DNA from: Tubiluchus corallicola
Lineage: Eukaryota > Animalia > Priapulida
Assembly: GCA_030141605.1 (NCBI GenBank)
Contig: JAQGDQ010000017.1
Coordinates: 1,240,001-1,304,000 of the forward strand
Reading direction: 5' to 3'
Length of the DNA: 64,000 nt
A program made the translations under genes and the position numbers. Of the stretch, positions 14,201-27,138 are shown one piece after another; within the stretch, counting starts at the first letter, position 1, and every line of letters begins with the position of its first letter. The notes beneath the pieces were generated by a model. The model was not told where the DNA came from. It saw nothing but the letters and a program-made list of their open reading frames with translations, and did not search any database.

Positions 14201-17200
14201 TTGCTCTGAGTAATGAAATTGCAGTACACCATCATTTTGCATTTTACTTTCCATTGTTTGGTTAAGGGGTTAGGAATTGAAAAGCGCATCATCCCGTTGT
14301 CTGTCTATAGAAAAATTTTGCATTATACCTTCTAGACAGTAATAAGCCTTTTCATTGTTTTGCTTTGTGCATGCGCAGTTGCTGTAGGTCAAAGGTCACA
14401 GCAGCGTGTCTTAACTACAACCGTCATGTGACCCTGTGGGTAAAGCAAAGCCGTCTGCCACTTAGTTGAACTCAGTTATTTTACATGGACCTTATGTGTA
14501 CCAGACAACTCATTTGTGTACACTTGACAATGCCTCTCAACCCGTGCTATTGTAATAGTAACAGTTTTAAGATTTAATTAGAACCTTACCTAGTTCATTT
14601 TTCTCGTTCCCAAGCAAGATCCTGCTAGTAAATCAGTCTTCGCACAGACTAATGCATAATTAAGTAAAATTCACGTAAAACAACTGAAGTTACTGCTGTT
14701 GCAGACAGCTTTGCTTTACCCACACGTCACGTGACGATTGTAGTTAAGACGCGTTGGTGTGGTACATTATGTGACACCTTTGACATACAGCTTCTGCATG
14801 TGCGCATAACGAAACTATGAAAAGGGATACTAAGATTAGTAAGTAGTAAGGCACGGTCAATGTTCAAAGTCCTTTATCTTTAGGAGCACGAGTCTTTGTC
14901 TCTGTCTGAAACTTGTTTTTGCTGTTTTAGTAGCATCAGTGTCATACTATTTAAACTTGTAATCTAGTTAATCCGAGTCTTATTGTAACGTTGATTTTGA
15001 TTTATTCTGTAGGAGTACAGGAGGTATGACCCCAGCAAGGTTAAGTTTGATAGGACTGACTGCCCGAACCTCGTGAGCAAAGCCGCAGTTGCCATCGGAG
15101 ACAAATTGAAAAACAAATTAGCAGCCCTTAAGGTAAATTTGAAGATAATTATTTCTCTAACTATAGTCACCAGTCTAATGATTTCTCACATTGAAACATA
15201 TCAAACTTTGGGCATCAAGGCAACAGTTGGGTTACAAGTTGATGATGATGATGATGACGGTGTTTTTATGTTGCAGAAATCAGTGGCATTTGCTGAACAA
15301 CTTGCCGAGAATTTCATTCCAGACAAAAAAATTAAGGTAATTTATTTTATTATTTACTTTAATTAGCTGAATTATTACACATTTTAATGCTGTGAAATAG
15401 TGTAGATCAGTTTGTGATTAGTTTGCTTTATTAGCTCTTTTTTGTTTAATTAACTAATTGGCTATTTATTTTAATTTTTTAAACTTAGTGCAAACTAAGC
15501 AATTTTTATTGAATGTAAAGTATACAGCTAGTTGAATGCATTATTCACAGGTTGTGTTTGTTTAATCTATTTCTGTATTTGTAAGCAAAAAACATTTTTA
15601 TCTTCCATTAGTCCCAACCGATATTGATAGCCATATGTATAATATTTACTGCTTTAAGCATTTTTTTGTATACGTAATGTACATAAGCAGTCCAGTCTTA
15701 ATGATTATTTAAAAAACTAATTTTATTTTAATACCCTCAAAAAATGTAGTGTTGTTTCAGTAGTTGAACGCTTCTTTGGTACACACCAATGAGAAAAAAT
15801 AGGGGGCTAGTCCACAAACTTCTCTACTACCAGACAATTAAACAATGTTTCCCAGCAATACTTTAAACTTGTGAACCTATTACAGTGGTCAACCAGTCTT
15901 CTGCCCACCTTAATAATAAAGATTGTTACGATTTCATGTTTCATATCTTGTTTCATGTCTTTTCAGAAAGAGGATATTTGGTTTGTTAACGCTAAAGAAA
16001 TTTCTGCAAATGATGATGACTACATTTATAACGAAAAGTTCAAAGAGAAGGTCAATTTTAATCATTCGGCTGTTCATATACCATTAGAAATCTGGGAAGA
16101 AGGTATCGATTGATCTTGCTTAAGTTTAATATTGTTTAAAGAAAATCGGGAATTAATCTTTATTTGTGAAGATGCTAATTTATAACAGTTTGCACATTTG
16201 TCACTTTAAGGATAACAGTCAAGTTAATAATTAAATTGATTTGCTCTTTAAAAATAGTTTTTGCAAAGAAAATAATTGCAATGCCTGAATAGCTTAACTG
16301 ACACAATTACCCACCATTAACTGCATTTTTTTATAAATGTAGATGCTTTGAAAAATGAACTACAATTCAATTCAGTTCAATTTATTTTTTAACTCTGCAA
16401 AAATTATCAAAATGTAGTGTTAGGAATACATACAATATTTCGAAGCAAAGGAGAAGGGCAACGAAGACCCCGTAGGTTATCTAGTCAGCCACTCTTAAAT
16501 AGCTAGGATTAATTTTGGCACCATTCTTAATTTAAATTTGTATTCGGTTGACATGTGTAATTGGCATTTAAATGATGGGAAAGGTAATACTGTAGAACAT
16601 AATAATTTAAATAGCCAAAAATTTACAAATCTAAAATACTGTGAATCATGCGAAGCAAACAAAATAAAAATAACTTACAATTTTAACATAACAGAAAATG
16701 CATAATTTGAGCATTAACTTCAAAATCCGGCAAAAACAAAAAAACAGTAGAATGATCAACCAAAGATGTCGAGAAAAAGAATATAATAAATTAAACCTAA
16801 GAAAAATAGGCTAAATATAAATCACACAAAAACAAAAAACACAGAAGCAAACCATTTCTGCCTAATATCTGTTCTTATCTGAGGCGTCGTGCAAAAGCAG
16901 TTTACCATACATGTTCATGGAAGTTGCGTATTTACCCCCTGCTATTTCCTATTCATACTAATTTTCTGCTAACAAGTTTCCTATTAGTAGAGTACAAGAG
17001 CACTGATTCACAGTTTTGACTTTACTTATCTCTGACCGCGTCATTATTGATTGGTATCTAGGCTGTTACATTTGCAGATGAGAAAATCTTGAACGGGTTG
17101 AAATGGTCCAGCCAAATCGATGAAGTTTTTAATAAAAATTTGGAAGAAGACGAAAGTATTATGTGGCAGTATTTTGGAAGCCAGTCAGGATTCATGAGGA

Positions 17201-20200
17201 CATTTCCAGGTAAATTATTATGGACACCTGTAGAGATGGGTGATTTTTGAAATTTTGTGATTCGGTTATAATCTTGTTCTTGTATTCCGATATCGCGGTT
17301 AATCTTTTTTGACCATTTTTTAGTGTTTTAACCACATTTTTCAATGACTGCAGTGAAATATGGCCGATAAATTTCTTCACGGCTTTCGTTGCTGTCTTCC
17401 AATTACGTACTCGCCAACATTCATTATCTGCTCTATGATTACATCATTCCATGTATCACGTTGCCAACAAGTTTGAAGCTCTCAGCATGCAACACTGTAG
17501 CTCGTAAATGTGCACATTGTTTAAGGCGAGAAAAGGGTTAAAAAAATGCAAAGAATTTTTTTATTTTTGCTAAAAACACTGCCTTTTAGTCAGTGTGCAA
17601 CACGTATGTTTTGCTTTCGATTAATTGATGATTAATCGATGATACCGATTTACACATTGTAGTAATCTACATTAATTCGATTAATCAGTTAATCGCCTAC
17701 CATTAGACTCCTGTTATTACTGGTGTTTGAAATTTATGCTGTTAAAGAGGGTAACTTTTGTTAAGGAAAAATATTAACAGGTGCCCGTTATACAAATCAC
17801 AATTTATTATCCTTTTCATTTTTTTGAAACCGAATCATTTCTTTACCTTTATGTACATCTTTGTCTTTTCCAAAAAGATCTGTGTCTTACTTTTGGAGAG
17901 AGTTTCTAAAAGTGATGCTTCACAGTTAGTAATGATCTTTAGTTTTGTTGCATACAGTGATGACAAAATTGATAAATTATTGTCAACAAATGCAAATGTG
18001 GTTATGCTTGTAGTACTTAACAGAAAATGCCTTTTGAAAGTACTATGTGTTAAGAAGTGTGTTTTTTAGCGAGCAAATGGGAGGTACCAGCTGGTGAGCC
18101 TGCTGACATGTTTGATGTTAGACGACGTCCGTGGTACATACAGGGGTCAACTTCTCCAAAGAATGTGCTATTGCTCATTGATACGTAAGAATCTTCCTGC
18201 ACTTTTTCCATTAATAGCTTTTCTAAAGCACTCATGAATCAGCTTCTGATATGGATCGCATGTTTTTAGATCTCCGTGGATCAGACAAGTTCAATAACAC
18301 ATGCTTTCTGTACTAGTTGCTATGCATAACATTGTTTTTTTTCAGCAAAATTTGTGCTAGAGCCTTTAGAGAAGCTTTTTAATACTTATTTTTACATTGA
18401 CTGTTTACAATTTTAACTATAGAATTTTAAATTTTTCACAAATTTAATAAAAATAAAATAAAGGCAAGGAGCTTTAAGGTTATAAAGTATATTAATTACC
18501 TTACTACAACAATCGATTTGTTCAGTTATAGATACATCGTCATTCCTCATTCATCGTCAGTTTAGTGAGTAAAATATATCCTAGGTATGTTTTGTGATTT
18601 AAAGGTCGGGCAGCACACATGGACAGACTTTAGAGTTAATAAAAGTCACGACCAAGTCTATACTCGACACACTGGGCGAGAATGATTATGTCAATGCCAT
18701 GTGGGTAAGCACAAAATATCATCTTAGTATTTTTAATATTTTTTTATTGTTGCATTAAACACAAACATTTTAATCATCTGGTGTGTTCTAGTATTTCGGG
18801 ATAGAAAATTAGACGTCGACTTTTCGTAATAAAGTTACATTGACAACTCTTCACAAATCACGTTAATAATTCAGGTAGTAGTAATAGTTAGATGCAACAG
18901 AAATAAAGTGAAGTCCCACAGAATGCATGTGGGCAAATTATAAGACCCACTTGGTTTGTCACTGCTTCGTGGATATTGATATTTAAAACATGATAGTGTT
19001 TTACTTATTTATTTATTTATTTATTTTGATTACCGCTTAGGTTATTTTTGTCACCATGTGACTTTCCTTGTTGATTTTGTAGTTTAATCAGTACCATAAC
19101 TTCACGAGTTGTTTCCGCGACACGTTCGTGCAAGCTAGCAAGCGGAACAAGCAAGTCATTTCTGATGGTGTGGATGAGCTTGTGTCCCAAAACATGGCTG
19201 ACTATTCTCAGGGATTCGAGGCAGCTTTCCAACTTTTTGAAAAGGTAAAATATGAGCATTAAAGCATCGGCACATGTCGTGACATTGTCGGCATATAATC
19301 ACTTTATTCCATAGATGCTTCGGTTGTGACTACTGTCGTGTTCATTTCCTGCCTAGAATAAAGTAATTAGCATTGTAGTATAGTGAATATCCATTAACTG
19401 CATTTAGGGTATTCACCATTACAAGATGAGGCATGGAAATTAACAAGGAATAAGATCGGGTTTCCACGGTCAGGGAAAATCCTGGAAAATCCTTGAAAAT
19501 ACAGGCTCTCCTGGAAAGTCATGGAAAAATCAGGGAAAAGATAATTTGATAAAAAATCAGGGAAAATGATGAAAATGGGGTGAAGTCAGGGAGATTGGAA
19601 AGGGTTACAAAAATAATCACTGTACACTGATATTGTTTCAAACGTATTTTTCGATGATTTGTGGTAATGATTGGATTATGTGATTAGTGTAATTTCGTTA
19701 GCACTACTGCAACTGTGCCGACACATTATATATCACCATATCTATGAATGTCCATACACAAAAATGTTTGAATATGTTTACTGGTAATACAAATTCTGCT
19801 TAGCTTGGTCAAGGAAAATCAATATTTGGTCAGGGAAAAGTCAGGGAAATTTATTTTGAAATTCTGTGGGAATGCTGATCAGACCATTTTAATAGTAGAA
19901 CATTACATTTGGCATACCTGAGGTACATTATGAACACAGTTGGTTACCTTTGAAATACGTATTGGTCTGATTTGACTCACCAACCGAAATTGTCAGAGTG
20001 TAATTACTGATATTAACTGTTATAATTAATTGCATTGATACAGTTAGTGGTACTTATAATTGTTTACTGTTATTTTTATTGTTTTTATTTTGTAATTTGT
20101 AAAGTTTGTTTTGTATTGAGTAAAATGTTAAAAAATAAAATAATAAAAAAGACAAGGAATAGATTTTGAAGTACCGTATTTTCCCGTGTATAAGAGACCC

Positions 20201-23200
20201 TTTTTTGCTCAGAATTTTCACTTTAAAAATAGGGGGTCTCTTATACATGGGAGTAAGTCTTTTCAATAAGATGCATAAATTGTGACACTAATGATTTTAA
20301 AGAAATAAGTGCTCTACAACTGTTTTGCGTGTCGCGTTCGACTATGAAGCGGTTGTAAGCAATACAAGCATCGTGACACAGGCATTATCTCCTCGTTTTC
20401 TCTTTTCCTGTTACAGGTTTGCAGGTGCGCACTTTAATATATACCAGTACTCTTTTTCTACAACACATTAACTGGTTTTATTTTGTTTTCAGTACCGCAC
20501 TGAGTTGAAAAAAGTTGTACTTTACCCTCTAAAAATGTCCGTCTGAAAAAACTTTTTTCCAGAATTTTTGCCTAAAAATTGAAGGGGTCTCTTATACACA
20601 AGGGTCTCTTATACACGGGAAAATACGGTAATTGCCATGTCAGGCTGTTTGTCATTGGGCTAGAAATGCCAACACACATTGCCACTTTGTTGTTGCTTTT
20701 CATATTTTTACTCTAGACATTCCTAGGTGCTGAACAACTGTTTATAATTCTAATTTTTCCTCTGGTCTCTTATCTGTGAATTTCTCCACCATAATATTGT
20801 GTCTTGTTACCTACAACTTCAACCAACCTGCTTCAAGATTTGTGCTACAAATTCTTATCATAGACAAATTAGTTATAAGAATTCAATTTTTTGGCTCGTG
20901 TATGCATTTTAACTTTTTACTATAATTTCTCACCTTGAGTGATCACTAGCATTATTTGGTGATTTGAACTAAAAACATATAAGAAGCTTCTGAGTTTAGA
21001 TTATATGACTACTCTGAAAGTAATCGTACAATACCTAAAAGTTCAGCATGTAAAAAAACAATGTAAAAAGTTTTCATACTCTGAGGGAAATTATGGTAAC
21101 TGCTTGTGCATGTGTTAAACTCATGTCTTTCCGTTTAGTTTCGCATTGAGGAAGCTGAAAGCATGCGAGGCTCAAAGTGCAATGAGGTTATCATGTTACT
21201 GACCGATGGAGGAATGGACTATGCCAAGGATGTCTTTGAAAAGTACAACAAAGACAAAGGGGTGGGTTTTTGTCAGTAGGCATGTCGAAAACAAAGAAAA
21301 GGTGGGAACAATGCATCTTTTATTGTAGACCTGAGAAAAACTACTGATTTAAAATAGGAATAATTATTACGTTAACTAATTTATGCGGTATTTACAATGA
21401 TACAATGACAATGATAAAGATTTGTAAATTACATTAATGTAGCCGAAAAAAGTAGACTACGCTCTAATTTCGGTTTGCTGGACAAAAGAGACGTTGGTCT
21501 GAATATGCCGATTGTCTGTATTTCCCGATACTAAGCTAATACAGTAGGCGCTGTGTATTAGACTCACGGTAATGTAGAATCAATCACTTAATTGTCTCAA
21601 AAACGTCTAGTACGTGGCTCTCCTGACATATAAGCTATACACATGTCGTTACACCCTGCTTGGTTGCACTGATGTAAACAAAGTGACGGCCCGTCAACTA
21701 GCGGTCAGCTCACAAAACAGCAGACTATGTCCGTCGTATGCACGACTTTTAACGGTCCAGATTTTGTCCGATTTTTCCAATATCTGTACTAGCGAGGTTC
21801 GGCAAACCGAGATACGAGTGTACATTAGTATAGTCGGCCGACAAAGTCACGTATAACGCCTAATACATTACAATGGTAAAGATCTTAATTACGTTTCAGC
21901 AAATGTGGTTTAGTGCATGATTACATGAAGTAACAAAAACGATGTAAACTAAAAAGATTTGATAATCTGTAATAAAAATTAATAAATATTATTCATTATG
22001 TATAATAAACATGGTATAACATTACGGGGTAAATGATACGACATAACTTATGAACTGAGGTCTAGATTGTCCTCGATGTGGAGCCTTTGGAGATAACATA
22101 GCGCTGAGCGAAAGCCGCTCTATTAACTCCATGCAATATAGTTATCCCAGTGAATTGAGGTAGAAATAAAGGAAGCCTAACTAGATTGAATAATAAGTGG
22201 CCTGTTGAGGAGTAACTGGGCAGAATACCAGATAATGCGGCCTACAGATTACTCATTCACACAAAATGGTTGTGTGTTCACTCATTAGTGAAGAGCAACT
22301 TGTTTGCCAGGGGAGGTCCCGATAGCCAAGGTTTTAAAAAATTATGATGCCGTACTTCGAGAATGTGTCATGTTGGCGAGTCTCTTGACAAGACAACCTA
22401 GTTTGAGAAAATCCTAGTATTCTTTTTTTTAGGAAACTGAGAACAAGATTTTGGTAGAAAAATGACAACTCTTGTATGTACTCTTTGCTGGTCACAGTTT
22501 ACAAATTGAGCTTTTACTTATGCTGTTAAATGAAAGATGGGACTTCCTCAGACTTACCCTGGTTTGAAAGAGCTTAAAAGTGATTAATTTTTATAATATT
22601 AACGTCGAGATTATTATTATTATCTGTCATTATTATCACTAGATGAAGATTATTATTACAAACCACTATTAGTTAAATTGTGATATTAAATTTGGAAGAC
22701 AAGAATTACAAATGGTTGGAATACAGCCTGGATTTGAACCAGGGATCTTCTGCTTACAAAGAGTGCACTCTACATACTAAAAGTGTTTACCTTCTTCATA
22801 GGTTCGTGTGTTCAGTTTTGCTGTTGGTCCTGCAGCAACACCGATTTCTGGACCGAAAGTGATCGCATGTAGCAACCGGGGTTACTTCACTAAAATTCCG
22901 TCCATGGGATCCATTCGCAGCAATGTCCAGGTAAACGATTGTTTTGCATACATACATACATACATACATACATACATACATACATACATACATACATACA
23001 TACATACATACATACATACATACATACATACATACATACATACATACATACATACAAACATACATACATACATACATACATACATACATACATACATACA
23101 TACATACATACATACATACATACATACATACATACATACATACATACATACATACATACATACATACATACATACATACATACATACAGACAGACAGACA

Positions 23201-23264
23201 TACAGACAGACAAACAGATGCACATTCACACATACATGCATTCACACATACATACATACATACA

Positions 23265-23297
<33 letters not shown>

Positions 23298-24275
23298 GCC
23301 TTATCATTGTAATTAACAAATAAATATAGCTTGATGTCAACTCTTAATAAGAAAGATAAACACTTAAAAAAGGGCATAAAGATAAGCCAAGTGCTGATAA
23401 TTTATCGAGTAACCTCAAATAAATTGCTGGCATGTGCTTTTTCACAATAGTTGTGACATGGAAATTGTAATCTCATTCTGATAGACCTTAGGCTAATGAG
23501 TGTCACGTACATTATTTTAACTTTAACTGTGACATTTTCATGAACTTTGCCTTGGCACTTAGAACAATTTTAACTTGTGCAGTTTTTATATACAGTTCAA
23601 CACTGATTGATTGATTTACTTTATTTCAAACAATTACGCTCATATCTTTACAAATATCCGCAATTTACATATATTTGTGACTACTTGATGATAGTCACCA
23701 CTGACTGGCAAGCCTAATACTAATGTTAAATAGTTGTGACAGGACTGGTACTTCGCTGATTTCAAGAATAATTCTCTAAGATGAGATAATATACCAATAG
23801 AGATGTTTTTGTCATTTGTGGATATACTATATGCCATGCTCAGAGAGTGAAATTTCACTTCTATATTATTTATTTCGATGTTTTTCTGAAATCTTTTTGC
23901 AATTAGTTTCTTCAACCAACGCAATATATTATCTAAGTTAAACTTGCAAATAGGTGTTTGTGCCCATATTGGCACGTCCGATGATCTTACCCAATGCTAA
24001 GTACCCTCAGTGGACTGGAGCTTATCTGTCATGGCAAGGCTTGGTACGATACTGTATGCTCACACAACTAACACTGAATGTTGTGCTTTTAATTTTTAAC
24101 GACAGTGTTGTATTACGTGCATAATTAAGAATAGAGTTGTGTAGGATGCTATAATTAGCCATGCGATGTTTGGCTAGAATAGCTAGTTAATTTGCTGTAT
24201 AGCTGCATCAATGTTAACACAATAATTTTACTCTACTTAGAAACTTGTGCAATAATACTTAGCTCTTCGTTCTTT

Positions 24276-24343
<68 letters not shown>

Positions 24344-27097
24344 TCTCTCTCTCTCCCTCTCTCCCTCTCTCCCTCTCTCCCTCTCTCCCTCTCTCCCTCC
24401 CTCCCTCCCTCTTTCCCCCTTGTTCTGTTCTCTTTTTGTTATTTCTTAATCGTTATTTTATCTTTTTCTTTTTATCAATTTCCACTGAACTTCACAATAT
24501 TTCCAATTACAGTAAGTCCTCTCTTAACGATTCCTTTTAGCAGCAATTAGTGCTTTGAATCTTTTGCCGCGTTGTTTTCACTTGACTACAGGTATCACAC
24601 TTTGATGATGCATTTTGGCATTCTAGGTGCTGAAGTTTCACTATTGTGTCGGCATTTTGCAAACAAGTAAAATTTGTTACTTTAACGAACACTGCTAGCT
24701 ATGCGTATTTTTCATCTTTTATAGACAAGTAATGAATAAATGTTACCAGTGAAACCCATAAAAAGTGAACTAAGTCTTAATGTTTTTTTGTCATTGGAAC
24801 TTGCCTCCATGATTTCACATTATTCCTTATAGAGGGGTTAGCTTGGTTTAACAAAGTTTAATTTGATGCAGCATTTACTGGAATACTTTAATGCTGTTAA
24901 CCATGGACTTACTGTATTAAATTTCCTAAATATCTCATCCTTTTCGCATATTGTGGTCTATATTCAATGCACTTATGACACATTGCTAATTATTAATAGT
25001 GTTGACTGCATCACGTCTTTAGCGATGTTCTGTGTCTCGCATGCTGCCCCCTATAGGAGTATACTGTAGTCTTGTCACGGCCAATGGTGCTCTCAAAAAA
25101 GAAGAATTCGCAGTGGACAAATGCGTATCTGGATGCTTTGGTAAATCTCGTTATACAATCAAACTATATATTCAAATTTCATTGTTTTGTTAAGAATAAT
25201 TTATTTATTCTGGCAGAAGCAGATATATAAAACGTGTGCTTCTGTTTTGATAGTAATGATAATCACTAATTATTTTCAAATAATGTCGATACTTAAAGCA
25301 TGATTTAGACATTGCTTATTTTGCTTAAACTCAATAAATTATTACATCTTTTAAGCACGTAAAAGTTTCTTATGCTTTTATGGGGAAAAATTATTTCTTT
25401 AAAAAGAATGGTTGATAAGATAATGTTACCTTTGAACTAGTTCATTTGAAATAGTTTCTTTAAACAGAATAAATTTGAGTTTTTGCATTGTGTTCATAAC
25501 AACGCTACAGTTTTCAACAAATGACACTGGCGTAGCAACAAAAATATATACAGTCCCTACAAACTTTGCGATATTATAGAAATGTAGAAAAAGTGAAAAA
25601 TCTTTGTTTTGCAGCTGTAGGTAGATTCAAAATTTCTGCTTTACTATAGCAGCATGTCTTCATTGTTTGACGAGAGTCGTCATTCAACTTGAAAGCCTTT
25701 CTCTGGCATTCTATACCGATTAATTTAAAGGCGCATATCGAAAGTGTCATTTGTATAGACGTTGTAGAACGTGTTTGTAGTGATTGTTTGATTCATTGGT
25801 TTACCAACCTGGCATGATTGTGTATTGCATAATAATAATTATGTCAGCATCTCATTGATATAATAGTTGCTAGTGCATGGTTTACAGATTTAACAAGCTT
25901 ACTAAGCCTTTTCACAGTTTCGTTGTGCGCACGCAAAGTTGCTGTAGGGCATAGGTTAAGTGTACCACAGCAATGTGTCTTAGCTACAACCGTCATGTGA
26001 CATACGGGTAAAGCAAAGCCATCTGCTGTGTCACTTCAGTATCTTCAGTTGTTTTACGTGAACTTTACGTAATTGTGCATTATTCTGTGCGTAGAGTAAT
26101 TTACGTGCAGGATCTTACTTGGGAACAAGGAAAAATAATTAGGTAAGGTTCTAGCTAGCTATTGAAACTGTTACTATTACAACAGCAAAGGCTGCAAGGC
26201 ATTGTCAAGTGTACACAATGCATTGTCTAGTACACTTAACCTTTGACCTTTTCATGATCATCATCATGAAACTGTGAAAAGGCTTATTGTTAGAGTCGTT
26301 TTGCAAAGTGAAAATATTTTCTTAAAAGTGGTGATAATGCAATTTTTATTATGTTTAGCTGATAAAGTTAAGTATGTTTACTTGCCGAAAACAAATTTTA
26401 AGAGGCTGGTCATCAAATATGTTTATTTCATTTAGATATACTTTTAACTTTGTATAATATACGTACATGTGCTTTTAAAGATTAAAAATGCTTAATCGTC
26501 ATTTTTTGTTTTTCGAAATCGGATAGTTAAATGGGTTCATGAGACAATTTCCTGATATATAACTCAATATTTCGACCACCTATTATGACAATTTAACCAG
26601 CTGTTCATTTTGCAACTGTTTTATTAAAACTTTTCTTAAATGAAGGACACGTTGTGTGTGTTTATTGTGGCTGGATTAGAGTCTAAAGTTCACATTATGT
26701 ATAGGTTCGTGCCTTCGGGGCATTTAGTTGAATTAACAGAGCTGACAGTGTGCCCACATGAATTTAACGAGTCCTCTCTGCAACATCTGTGATGCTTCTT
26801 ATTTTAAATGAAGGTAGTAAAGCGTGTTTACAATATTTTTCTTCTCTTTGCTAGTATTTACATGTTTAAATGTGTTTTTCAGAATATGGGGATGATTACT
26901 ACAGTGATGCTGCCTGTTTATAACATTTCCACGAAGGGGGTATGTTTTTCATACGATTCACGTTTCTTGTGTTTATGAACGCTGTATTGGGAAATGTAAA
27001 CAAGCAGAGTTGTTACTTGACAATTGTTTATGATTGTAAATTTCTGTCTATTTCGCTATTTATTCATTTGTTCTATCAATTGGGGATCGTTTTATTG

Positions 27098-27138
<41 letters not shown>

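Noticed and set aside
22796-23377. Several 110-190 aa ORFs (MYVC/HTYI repeats)
   Set aside because: These are translations of the (TACA)n microsatellite. Only 22802-22930 is a real exon.
24192-24540. SL/SP-repeat ORFs
   Set aside because: (CT)n microsatellite artefacts.
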